Source of the DNA: Candidatus Micrarchaeota archaeon CG10_big_fil_rev_8_21_14_0_10_45_29
GTDB lineage: Archaea; Micrarchaeota; Micrarchaeia; Anstonellales; Anstonellaceae
Length of the DNA stretch: 64,000 nt
Direction: 5' to 3'
Assembly (NCBI GenBank): GCA_002778455.1
Contig: PFCD01000012.1
Coordinates: 1,444-65,443, forward strand
Shown: positions 25,302 to 33,459 of the stretch, piece by piece
How positions within the stretch are numbered: position 1 is the stretch's first letter
Layout of the letters: every line of letters starts with the position of its first letter
Program-made: the position numbers and the translations under genes
The notes under the pieces: generated by a model
What the model saw: only the letters and a program-made list of their open reading frames with translations
Told to the model about the DNA's origin: nothing
Databases searched by the model: none

Positions 25302-25898
25302 ATGAAATTAAGCATAAAAAACGAGGACAAAACAAAGATGGACTTTTTGCTCAAGTCAACATCTGTCTCCTTTGCAAACCTTCTAAGGCGCTTTGTAATG
25401 AGCAGGGTGCCTGTGTTTGCAATAGACTCTGTAACATTTTATGAGAATTCAAGCCCTCTCTTTGACGAGTATATTGCGCACCGCATAGGAATGGTTCCCC
25501 TTAAATTGGGCACCGGAGTGCGCGATGAGGAGGAAGTGCTTTTCTCGCTTGACGCATCAGGCCCGGGAACTGTCCATTCATCGGCGCTCAAAAGCAGAAT
25601 GGATAAAATAAAAGTTGCAACAGAGAAAATACCTCTTCTCAAGCTTCTTGAGGGGCAGAATTTGCGCCTTGAGGCAAAGGCAATAAGCGGAATCGGCAGG
25701 GACCACGCCAAATACCAGGCAGGGCTTGCCTCATATAATATACTTGAGGGCGGAAACGACTTTGAGTTTGAAATTGAGAGTTTTATGCAGATTTCTCCGC
25801 GCGACATGGCGTTAAAATCCGCGGATGCAATATCGCAAAGGTGCACAGAGCTTGCAAAAGGGCTCAATGAGATAAAAAAGGAGGCAAAGAAGAAATAA
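25302..25898 (+). CDS. rpoD: DNA-directed RNA polymerase subunit D (Rpo3), short form
   Basis: FANLLRRFVMSRVPVFAIDSVTFYENSSPLFDEYIAHRIGMVPL is the Rpo3/RpoA-like dimerisation domain. Conserved position after rps11. No Cys cluster, so no Fe-S domain. Confidence 0.88.
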   Translation: MKLSIKNEDKTKMDFLLKSTSVSFANLLRRFVMSRVPVFAIDSVTFYENSSPLFDEYIAHRIGMVPLKLGTGVRDEEEVLFSLDASGPGTVHSSALKSRMDKIKVATEKIPLLKLLEGQNLRLEAKAISGIGRDHAKYQAGLASYNILEGGNDFEFEIESFMQISPRDMALKSADAISQRCTELAKGLNEIKKEAKKK

Positions 25899-25907
25899 TA
25901 TTTGCAT

Positions 25908-25992
25908 GCAGGGGTAGCAAAGCCTGGTCAAACGCGCTAGCTTGAGGGGCTAGTCACTTAGGTGTTCGTGGGTTCAAATCCCTCCCCCTGCA
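25908..25992 (+). tRNA. tRNA-Leu (anticodon GAG)
   Basis: Hand-folded. Acceptor GCAGGGG/CCCCTGC. Anticodon arm CTAGC-TTGAGGG-GCTAG. Long variable arm. T arm GTGGG-TTCAAAT-CCCTC with one U-U mismatch. Discriminator A. Followed by a T6 run. Confidence 0.8.
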
Positions 25993-25995
25993 AGC

Positions 25996-26018
25996 TTTTT
26001 TCTGCGGAGCAGAAAAAA
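25996..26018 (+). terminator. Stem-loop TTTTTTCTGC-GGA-GCAGAAAAAA directly after tRNA-Leu
   Basis: 10-bp perfect stem whose 5' arm is the oligo-T run. Plausibly an archaeal termination signal. Confidence 0.45.
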
Positions 26019-26163
26019 CCTTGGAAAATCGGCAAACGTCGGCAATGCCAGCTTAAAACAAGTGGATGGAAAAACTGGAAAACATTGGCAATGCCCGCGC
26101 AACACAAATGCAGAAAAAAGAAAATTGCAAGAAAAAGAAAAAATAATTTTAAAGAAATTATAG

Positions 26164-26484
26164 GTGAAAAATATGAAAAGAGCGAACAACAAAACAAGTG
26201 CAGGCTTTTGGAAAAGGGCAGATGACGCCCTCTCAAAGCCGGTGCGAGCTCGCAAGGCAATGAACCTCAGCAGGCTTTCAAGGATAACCAAGAAAGACGA
26301 AATGGTATTAATTGCGGGCAAAGTGCTCGGAGACGGGGAGCTTTCCCACCCCCTCACAATCGCAGCGCTGGGCTTTAGCAAAAGCGCATTGGATGCGATA
26401 AAAAGGGCGGGCGGAAAAATAGCCACAGTGGCGCAGTTGCGGGAAAAAAACCCCAAAGGAGAGGGGCTGAGGATTCTTATCTAG
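26164..26484 (+). CDS. rpl18e: 50S ribosomal protein eL18
   Basis: RADDALSKPVRARKAMNLSRLSRITKKDEMVLIAGKVLGDG motif. GTG start, with an alternative ATG at 26173. Confidence 0.9.
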   Translation: MKNMKRANNKTSAGFWKRADDALSKPVRARKAMNLSRLSRITKKDEMVLIAGKVLGDGELSHPLTIAALGFSKSALDAIKRAGGKIATVAQLREKNPKGEGLRILI

Positions 26485-26919
26485 GTGAGCATTATGAAAA
26501 TTTATGACGGAAACTCCCTCATCGCAGGAAGGCTTGCGGCAAAAGTCGCAAAAGACCTTATACACGGCGAAGAGGTTGCGGTAATAAACGCAAACGGGAT
26601 AGTGTTTAGCGGAAACCCGGCTGCTTATGTGGACCGCCTGCAAAGAAAGCGCAGGCTGACCGACAAGCGGGACCCTGAAAAGGCGGAAAAATTCCCGCGC
26701 GTTCCATATATGCTATTCAAAAAAACTGTGCGCGGAATGCTTCCAAAAAAAAGCCAGAGGGGAAGGGACGCGCTCAAGAAGCTAAAAGTTTACAATGGCG
26801 CTCCGGCGGAAATTGACGCCTCAAATGCTTTGCGCCCGCAGGATGCGCAGAAAACCGGGCTTCTCAAAAGCATAACGCTCGGAAACCTTTGCAAGGCATT
26901 CGGATACAAGAGCAGGTGA
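26485..26919 (+). CDS. rpl13: 50S ribosomal protein uL13
   Basis: IYDGNSLIAGRLAAKVAKDL and MLPKKSQRGRDALKKLKVY motifs. GTG start, with an alternative ATG at 26494. Confidence 0.92.
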   Translation: MSIMKIYDGNSLIAGRLAAKVAKDLIHGEEVAVINANGIVFSGNPAAYVDRLQRKRRLTDKRDPEKAEKFPRVPYMLFKKTVRGMLPKKSQRGRDALKKLKVYNGAPAEIDASNALRPQDAQKTGLLKSITLGNLCKAFGYKSR

Positions 26920-27359
26920 TGGTTATGGCAGCAAAAAAGAAAAAAACAAAATCAAAAAAGAAGGCGGGGATAGTTGCCCGAGGCAAGAGGAAAGAGAGCC
27001 TTGCGCGCGCCTCCATTTGCGAAGGCAAGGGAGTTGTTCGCATAAACTCGCACAACCTCAATGCAATCTCAAACCGCTACATAAAGGTGCTTATCAGCGA
27101 GCCGCTCTCAATAGCATCCGAACTCTCGCCCAAGGTTGACATTTCAGTCAATGTGCGCGGAGGCGGCGCGATGGGGCAGGCGCAGGCGGTAAGGCTTGCG
27201 GTCGCCCGCGCGCTTGTAGCATTTTCAAACGACCCCTCGCTCAAGGAGAGGATGCTTGAGCGCGACAAATTTTTGGTCGCGGAAGATTCAAGGCGTATTG
27301 AGCCCAAAAAATATATGGGGCCAAAAGCGCGTGCAAGAAAGCAAAAATCATACAGATAG
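26919..27359 (+). CDS. rps9: 30S ribosomal protein uS9
   Basis: ARGKRKESLARASI and GGGAMGQAQAVRLAVARAL motifs, with C-terminal KQKSYR. The ATG overlaps the rpl13 TGA by 1 nt. Confidence 0.92.
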   Translation: MVMAAKKKKTKSKKKAGIVARGKRKESLARASICEGKGVVRINSHNLNAISNRYIKVLISEPLSIASELSPKVDISVNVRGGGAMGQAQAVRLAVARALVAFSNDPSLKERMLERDKFLVAEDSRRIEPKKYMGPKARARKQKSYR

Positions 27360-27367
27360 GTGGATAT

Positions 27368-27565
27368 ATGTATTTTCCAATAAGATGTTTTACATGCGGC
27401 GCGCCGATTGCGCAGCATTGGGAGGAATACAACTCCCGCACAAAATCCGGAGACGAGCCTGCCAAGGTGCTCGATGACCTTGGCGTAAAGCGGGTTTGCT
27501 GCAGGCGCATGTTCATTTCGCATGTAGAAGTGATGGACAAGGTGGCGAAATACGACCGCCTATGA
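27368..27565 (+). CDS. rpoN: DNA-directed RNA polymerase subunit N (Rpo10)
   Basis: PIRCFTCGAPIA...KRVCCRRM zinc-bundle motif, 65 aa. Confidence 0.92.
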   Translation: MYFPIRCFTCGAPIAQHWEEYNSRTKSGDEPAKVLDDLGVKRVCCRRMFISHVEVMDKVAKYDRL

Positions 27566-27638
27566 GTTGATAAAAAAATTAATTTGGGGCCCGCTTGCCC
27601 TTTTTGGGCAAGGATCCCACAAAATACATTTGCATTTT

Positions 27639-27711
27639 GGGGCTGTGAGGTAATCTGGTATCCTGCCGGCATGGGGTGCCGGCTATCCGAGTTCAAATCT
27701 TGGCGGCCCCA
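27639..27711 (+). tRNA. tRNA-Pro (anticodon GGG)
   Basis: Hand-folded. Acceptor GGGGCTG/CGGCCCC (one G-U pair). Anticodon arm CCGGC-ATGGGGT-GCCGG. T arm CCGAG-TTCAAAT-CTTGG. Discriminator A. No encoded CCA. Confidence 0.82.
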
Positions 27712-27818
27712 AGTTGTTATAAGAAAATATGCGGGACCGCCATTTCGCTTTCGGCGAAATCCGCCCAACGCTTGCGCGTTGAGCGTCTTGGCGGCCCCAA
27801 GTTATTATAAGAAAATAT
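27698..27818 (+). repeat. Duplication of the tRNA-Pro 3' end plus trailer
   Basis: The 33-mer TCTTGGCGGCCCCAAGTTGTTATAAGAAAATAT at 27698-27730 (overlapping the tRNA 3' end) recurs at 27786-27818 with one G-to-A change. The 55-nt spacer is built of two hairpins. Confidence 0.85.
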
Positions 27819-27920
27819 TCGCAAGTGTTTTTCCGAGAGTAGCCCCGAACCGCTAAGGAGGGCACATCCCCCCGAAACAGTTTGAGAGTGTTTGCGGAAC
27901 TCTTGCAAAGGTGATTTAAA

Positions 27921-28871
27921 ATGGCAGACGGAATGTTGATAAAGCAGGAAAAATACCTGGAAACAGGAATACACATAGGCACAAAGCTGCGCACCATCGA
28001 TATGGCGCGATTTATTTACCGCACAAGAAACGACGGATTATATGTGCTTGACCTCAGGCAGGTTGATGAAAAGATACGCCTTGCAGGCAAAGTTATCTGC
28101 AAATTCGAGCCGGCAGAAATAGTGGTTGTGGCAAGCAGAACCTACTCTTCAATGGCGGCAAAGGCGTTTGCACAAATTTCAGGGTGCAAAGTAATCGGCG
28201 GAAGGTTTGTTCCCGGCGCATTTACCAATGTGGCAAGGTCGGATTTTGTTGAGCCAAAGCTTGTAATAATTTGCGACCCAAAGGGCGAGAGGCAGGCCGT
28301 AGTGGAGTGCGGCAAGATGGGAATTCCCACAATAGGGCTGTGCGACACAGACAATTTCACAATGTTCATAGACTGGGCAATACCATGCAATAACAAGGGA
28401 AGGCGCTCGCTCTCCTTAATATTCTGGCTTCTTGCAAGAGAAATGGCAATGGGCTCAGGCAAAGTGTCTTCATATGATGACTTTACTCCGACATTTGAGG
28501 AGTTTGAAACAATTGCAGGCGCAATAGCGGACGAGGAGATGGCTCAAAAGCACGGCAAAAAGCCGGGTCCCGGGCCTGCAGTTCCCTCCGCGGGCGGGGA
28601 TGATTCCTCCGGCGGGGAAAAAGAGGAAGATGCGCCAGAGCCTTCGGAAGAAAAAGAGGATGCAACAAAAAATTCCGAAGACGAGGGCAAAAAGCCCAAA
28701 AAAGCAAAGGCAAAAAAGGCAGTAAAAAAGGCAGAAGAGAAAAAGCCTGAGCCAAAAAAAGAAGACGAGAAAAAGCCCGCCAAGCAGGATGAAAAAAAGC
28801 CTGAGACAAAAAAAGCGGCGGAAAAGCCTGTTAAGGAAGAGGGCACCGATGCAACTAAAGAGGAGAAATAA
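27921..28871 (+). CDS. rps2: 30S ribosomal protein uS2 with ~105-aa Lys/Glu/Pro/Asp-rich C-terminal tail
   Basis: YLETGIHIGTKLRT and VIICDPKGERQAVVECGKMGIPTIGLCDTDN core, then a KKPKKAKAKKAVKKAEEKKPEPKKEDEKKP-type tail. Confidence 0.92.
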   Translation: MADGMLIKQEKYLETGIHIGTKLRTIDMARFIYRTRNDGLYVLDLRQVDEKIRLAGKVICKFEPAEIVVVASRTYSSMAAKAFAQISGCKVIGGRFVPGAFTNVARSDFVEPKLVIICDPKGERQAVVECGKMGIPTIGLCDTDNFTMFIDWAIPCNNKGRRSLSLIFWLLAREMAMGSGKVSSYDDFTPTFEEFETIAGAIADEEMAQKHGKKPGPGPAVPSAGGDDSSGGEKEEDAPEPSEEKEDATKNSEDEGKKPKKAKAKKAVKKAEEKKPEPKKEDEKKPAKQDEKKPETKKAAEKPVKEEGTDATKEEK

Positions 28872-28909
28872 GAGTGTTTCTCCACTTTTTTCTTATTTAG
28901 GATGCTGCC

Positions 28910-30220
28910 ATGTTTATTAAGCTTCCAAACTCTAGCTTTTTCATGCGGGCTCTGCGAATTTTAGCGCTTATATTGGCATTTTTGGCAGTGTTTTTGCTTT
29001 TTTTCAACCTCGACAAATTCGGGCAGTTTATTTTCCTTCTTTCCTCATTCTTGTTCAGCGCATTTCTTTTCTCATTTTATATTCTTCACCATGGCATGGA
29101 CGAGGAGCTCCCAGCAACAAAGGAAAGGCCCAAAGTATCTGTGCTTATTCCCTGCCACAACGGCTCAAAAACCCTTGCAAGATGCCTCTCCCACATAAAA
29201 AACCTCAAATATTCCGGCGAGATGGAAATTATAGTAATTGATGATGCCAGCAGTGACAACAGCGCCCAAATAGCTCATGATAACGGTGCAATAGTGTTAA
29301 GGCAGGAAAAAAACAAGGGAAAGGCGGCGGCGCTAAATGTTGCTCTTGCAAAATGCTCTGGCAAAATAGTGCTTTGCGTTGATGATGATACCTATCCCCC
29401 TTCGGATTTGCTTGAAAAATCCGTCCCTCTCATACTTGAGGAAAAAAACGGGGCAATAACTTATTTCATAAATGCAGACAACCCCAAAACATTCTGGCAA
29501 AAAATACAGGATGTGGAATATTTTGTGGCATTCGGGCTTTTGCAGTCATTGCTAAACAATTTCAACGGAATAGTGGTCGCACAGGGCGCGATTTCCCTCT
29601 TCAGGCGCGACGTGCTTTTAAAAATCGGCGGGTATGACGAGACAAACATTACCGAGGATTTTGAGATAGGCCTGCGCCTCATAGACAACGGTTACCGCAT
29701 AAAATACCTTCCAATAAAAGTGCTTACAGAAGTGCCTGCAACTTTTGAGGGGCTGATGCGCCAGCGCACCCGATGGCACCGGGGGGGAATGATGAACCTT
29801 TACAATTACCGCCGGCTCATAAGCGATTCGCGCCTGGGGGATATGGGCATGTTTGCCCTTCCAATGCTTGCATTGGGAATATTTTTCATAATAGCAACAT
29901 TTTTTTTCATTGCCTCTCGCTTCGCAGTAGTTATTTACGGATTTTTGGCAGAAAGCTATTATTCCTCAATTTACGGGGAGTGGGGCTCCCTGCGCGCGGA
30001 TGTGTTTGCAATGCGCGCGGATTTGATGATAATAGTGCTTCCAATCACCGCCATTTTCATATTTTTCTTTGCAACAAGCATGCGCATGGCTAATGCAAAA
30101 TTTTCCATCTCAAAGCTGTTCGGGCTCATATCCACCCTGTTTTTATATCCTCTTATAGTATCATTCTTTTATGCATCCAGCCTCTTTAGAGAGCTGGCTC
30201 AGGGGAAGAGAAAATGGTAA
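28910..30220 (+). CDS. Integral-membrane family-2 glycosyltransferase, processive (cellulose/chitin/hyaluronan-synthase-like)
   Basis: VSVLIPCHNG..IIVIDDASSDN..LCVDDD (DxD), ITEDFEIGLRL (TED) and QRTRWHRGG (QxxRW), flanked by N- and C-terminal TM segments. Confidence 0.85.
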   Translation: MFIKLPNSSFFMRALRILALILAFLAVFLLFFNLDKFGQFIFLLSSFLFSAFLFSFYILHHGMDEELPATKERPKVSVLIPCHNGSKTLARCLSHIKNLKYSGEMEIIVIDDASSDNSAQIAHDNGAIVLRQEKNKGKAAALNVALAKCSGKIVLCVDDDTYPPSDLLEKSVPLILEEKNGAITYFINADNPKTFWQKIQDVEYFVAFGLLQSLLNNFNGIVVAQGAISLFRRDVLLKIGGYDETNITEDFEIGLRLIDNGYRIKYLPIKVLTEVPATFEGLMRQRTRWHRGGMMNLYNYRRLISDSRLGDMGMFALPMLALGIFFIIATFFFIASRFAVVIYGFLAESYYSSIYGEWGSLRADVFAMRADLMIIVLPITAIFIFFFATSMRMANAKFSISKLFGLISTLFLYPLIVSFFYASSLFRELAQGKRKW

Positions 30221-30858
30221 AATTAAGCAAATACATACTGGCGGCAATTATCGCGCTCAACATCGCAATAATCGTATTCTCAACAGTTTCCTATTTTGAC
30301 AGCCAGCGCCTGATTCATTTTAACAACGAAATAATGCTTTTTATGATAGATGCGCAGGATATGCAAAATTCTTTTCTTGAATTAGGGCCAGAGCCGGATG
30401 CAAAATTTTGCTCTCTTATAGATGTGGCATATGGGCAGAAAATACAGAGAAACGACGAGCTTGCGGGAAAGATGGTGGAATATGAGCAGGCAAACCTTGT
30501 GCAGGAATTCAATGTGCTAAAAAGGCAATTTCTTCTCTCAAATTTGCAGCTTTACCGCATCTCCGCGCTCCAAAAGCAGTATTGCAGCTCATCCCACACC
30601 GACGTGCTTTTTGTATATTCCTCAAGCCCTGACTGCTATGAGTGCCAGGTTGCAGGAAATATTTTAACAGATGCAAGAAAAGGGTGCAACGCGCGCGTCT
30701 TTGTAACAGACATAGAGGAAAAGGAAAACCTTGTCTCTATCGCAAACATTCTTGATTCCAAAAACATAACTTCCGCCCCCTCTTTTATAATAGGGGATGA
30801 GGTTATTGGGGGAATAATAAAAAAGGATAAACTGCGCGAAATGCTAAACTGCGAATAA
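30214..30858 (+). CDS. Membrane-anchored glutaredoxin/thioredoxin-fold protein with a CYEC active-site-like motif
   Basis: N-terminal TM (ILAAIIALNIAIIVF) preceded by Lys residues. C-terminal VLFVYSSSPDCYECQ (CxxC at 30634-30645) and APSFIIGDEVIGG (Grx-like). The ATG overlaps the GT2 stop by 7 nt. Confidence 0.65.
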   Translation: MVKLSKYILAAIIALNIAIIVFSTVSYFDSQRLIHFNNEIMLFMIDAQDMQNSFLELGPEPDAKFCSLIDVAYGQKIQRNDELAGKMVEYEQANLVQEFNVLKRQFLLSNLQLYRISALQKQYCSSSHTDVLFVYSSSPDCYECQVAGNILTDARKGCNARVFVTDIEEKENLVSIANILDSKNITSAPSFIIGDEVIGGIIKKDKLREMLNCE

Positions 30859-30914
30859 ATTTATTTTAAAAAAATCAAGCGTTTTGCTTTTTTTGCAGGC
30901 TTAAAAATATTTTT

Positions 30915-32180
30915 CTAATATCTTACAAGCGCCTTCTCTCCCAAAAACTTTGCTTTTTCTCCAAGATTTTCCTCTATTGCAAGAAGCCTGTTGTATTTGG
31001 CAGTGCGCTCTCCCCTGCAGGGCGCCCCTGTTTTTATCTGCCCGCAATTTAATCCCACTGCCAAATCGGCAATTGTGCTATCCTCAGTCTCCCCTGAGCG
31101 GTGCGACACCATCACTCCCATTTTGTGGCTTAGGCAATACTGCGCCGCCTCCACAGCCTCGCTTATGGTTCCAACTTGGTTTACTTTTAGCAAAAGAGAA
31201 TTTATTGCCCTGTCTTTTTTTGCCTTTTTTACAAGCTTTAAGCTGCTCACAGTCAAATCATCCCCCACTATTTGCACCCTTTTCCCTATCCTTTCCCTTA
31301 TTTTTGCAAAATGGTGCCAGTCGCCCTCCTCAAACGGGTCCTCAAGGCTGATTATCGGGTATTCTTTTGTAATATCATCCCAATATTCAATAAGCTCCCC
31401 TGCCTCAAGCTCTTGCCCGTCAATTTTGTATTTGCCGCTTCTTTCATCATAAAATTCGCTTGCAGCAGCATCGGAGGCAAGCTTTACTTTTTTTGCATAT
31501 CCTGCCTCGGCAATCGCGTCTTCGAGAATTTGCAAGGCATCTGCTGTGCTTGCCACCATCGGCGCAAACCCTCCCTCATCTCCGACATTTATGCCGGAGG
31601 GGCCGTACTGCTTTTTTATTATGGTTTTTAATATATGATAAACTTCCACGCCTGCGCGCAAAGCAGATGAAAAATCATCAAAGCCTACCGGCGCAAGCAT
31701 AAATTCCTGCACAGCCAACCCGCTTCCGGCATGCTTTCCCCCGTTTATTACATTCATAAACGGCACGGGAAGGGTGTTTCCTTTCATCACTTCATAAATT
31801 TCTTTTCCGCGCGCCTTTGCCCCGGCATGAGCGCATGCCATAGATACGGCAGTGGTTGCATTTGCGCCCAGTTTTGCCTTATTTGCAGTTCCGTCAAGCC
31901 CGCACATTTTTGCATCTATTTCCTCCTGCCCCCTCACATCCATTCCCTCAAGCGTGCGCGAGATGAGGGTATTTGCGTTTTTTACCGCCCTGTTTACCCC
32001 TTTCCCCCCGTATTCCGCTCCTCCGTCGCGAAGCTCAATAGCCTCAAGCCTTCCAGTGGATGCTCCGCTTGGGGCGCAAGCCCATGCGCTTTTTCCATTT
32101 TGCAAATGCACATCTGCCCTTACTGTGGGGTTCCCTCTGCTGTCCAATACAGCTCTTGCAATTATTTTTTTTATTTTCAT
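30915..32180 (-). CDS. eno: Enolase
   Basis: SRGNPTV, SHRSGETED and GAPCRGERTAKYN motifs, 421 aa. Confidence 0.95.
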   Translation of the reverse strand: MKIKKIIARAVLDSRGNPTVRADVHLQNGKSAWACAPSGASTGRLEAIELRDGGAEYGGKGVNRAVKNANTLISRTLEGMDVRGQEEIDAKMCGLDGTANKAKLGANATTAVSMACAHAGAKARGKEIYEVMKGNTLPVPFMNVINGGKHAGSGLAVQEFMLAPVGFDDFSSALRAGVEVYHILKTIIKKQYGPSGINVGDEGGFAPMVASTADALQILEDAIAEAGYAKKVKLASDAAASEFYDERSGKYKIDGQELEAGELIEYWDDITKEYPIISLEDPFEEGDWHHFAKIRERIGKRVQIVGDDLTVSSLKLVKKAKKDRAINSLLLKVNQVGTISEAVEAAQYCLSHKMGVMVSHRSGETEDSTIADLAVGLNCGQIKTGAPCRGERTAKYNRLLAIEENLGEKAKFLGEKALVRY

Positions 32181-32184
32181 AAAA

Positions 32185-32790
32185 TTACCTTACGCCTGCT
32201 ATTCTTTTTGCAACCTGCCCCATTATCGGCACCATTACTCTCTTTCCATGCGAGGCTTCAAAGCCCAGGAATGAGTTTAGCAAAAGGTGCAAAATAACCG
32301 ATATTAGCAAAATATCAAGTATTATTCCCAAATATGTTCCTTCAAAAAGGTAAAGGTTTGCAAACGTGGATGCTATTATTATCGCATAAAGTATTGTAAA
32401 TTTCCAACCTACTATGGTGGATTGCACCGCATGAAACCTTACAAAATCATCATTTATCAAATGAAAAGGGGTGCCGTGCATCACAAGGTTTATTTGCGAG
32501 GGAAGGCTGTAAATCTTTGCGCTTTGCTTGTAAAATTCCTTTCCATGAAAAATTGCCGGAATTTGCGCATGTGCGGCAGGCGAATTCTTTATAAGAAGCT
32601 TTTTTGGTATTCCATTTTTCAACTTTCTCTTTCTTGCCATTATATTTTTTCCCGCGCCTTTTTGCTTTTTTTTAGCAGGCTTTTTTATTTTTTTTGCGCT
32701 TTTCATTGTTTTTCTTCCAGCGCTTTTTTGCCTTTTCTTGCCTGTTTTTTTCCGGCGCCTTTTTGCATTCGCTGTTTTTGCTTTTGCCAT
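32185..32790 (-). CDS. Hypothetical membrane protein with ~75-aa extremely basic N-terminal region
   Basis: The N-terminus is ~45% Lys/Arg (AKRRRKKTGKKRQKSAGRKTMKSAKKIKKPAKKKQK). The C-terminus has 2-3 TM helices. The gene ends 4 nt upstream of the eno start on the same strand. Confidence 0.6.
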   Translation of the reverse strand: MAKAKTANAKRRRKKTGKKRQKSAGRKTMKSAKKIKKPAKKKQKGAGKNIMARKRKLKNGIPKKLLIKNSPAAHAQIPAIFHGKEFYKQSAKIYSLPSQINLVMHGTPFHLINDDFVRFHAVQSTIVGWKFTILYAIIIASTFANLYLFEGTYLGIILDILLISVILHLLLNSFLGFEASHGKRVMVPIMGQVAKRIAGVR

Positions 32791-32857
32791 ATATGGGCAA
32801 GCTATACAATGTTTAAATAGATTTGTTTGCCAGCGCCGCCCCGGCTTTTAAGAGCCA

Positions 32858-33304
32858 TTATCCCACCGCCATCCCTTCTTCTTTTATGGTGTTAAGAATA
32901 AGCTTTGTCTCTGTCCGCTCTACAAACTCCCAGCTTTGCAAAGTTTTTAGGAATTTATCCATGCTGCTTCTGCTTCTGAATTTGGCAATTGCTGTAACAT
33001 CAAATGCGCCGGTATTGTCATATACTGCAAACACATTTGGGTGGCTTGCTATTTTTTTCTCAAGCTGAAAAAGCTTTCCCTTGGATATGCGTATGTCAAC
33101 TATTACAGATACCTCATAGCCCAATTTCTCATAATCCACAAGAGCCCCGTATTTTTTTATTATTTTCTCTTTTTCCATTTTATGAATATGCTTCATCACC
33201 GTCACCGCGGATGCTTTTGCCTTTTTGGCAACCTGCCTGTATGAGAGGGTGGAGTCATCCTGCAAAATATTTAATATCCTGATATCCAGCGGCGAGAGTT
33301 CCAT
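32858..33304 (-). CDS. Lrp/AsnC-family transcriptional regulator
   Basis: HTH region LDIRILNILQDDSTLSYRQVAKKAKASAVTVMKHIHKMEKEKII plus an RAM-like C-terminal domain. Divergent from glnA. Confidence 0.88.
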   Translation of the reverse strand: MELSPLDIRILNILQDDSTLSYRQVAKKAKASAVTVMKHIHKMEKEKIIKKYGALVDYEKLGYEVSVIVDIRISKGKLFQLEKKIASHPNVFAVYDNTGAFDVTAIAKFRSRSSMDKFLKTLQSWEFVERTETKLILNTIKEEGMAVG

Positions 33305-33459
33305 GCAAAAATAATGCATCAAATGTTTATATTGCTTGGCTTTTTCATGTTATTTTGCTAACATTTGCTTATTTTTTATATGTTTTCTATTCATTTGTTA
33401 TCCATTTTTTGGATTATTTATAAATACAAGTTAACCGCAAATACTGCTGTGGGAAGGTG

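Noticed and set aside
25302-25898. Short RpoD (198 aa, no Cys cluster) as an anomaly.
   Set aside because: To my recollection, short Rpo3 forms lacking the Fe-S domain occur in several archaeal lineages, so this is not clearly unusual.
25962-26225. 87-aa plus-strand ORF and overlapping minus-strand ORFs (25958-26456).
   Set aside because: They overlap the 3' end of tRNA-Leu, its terminator hairpin and the rpl18e start, and their composition is not protein-like.
31731-32297. Several plus-strand ORFs (119-188 aa) across 30950-32297.
   Set aside because: All are antisense shadow frames of the enolase gene.
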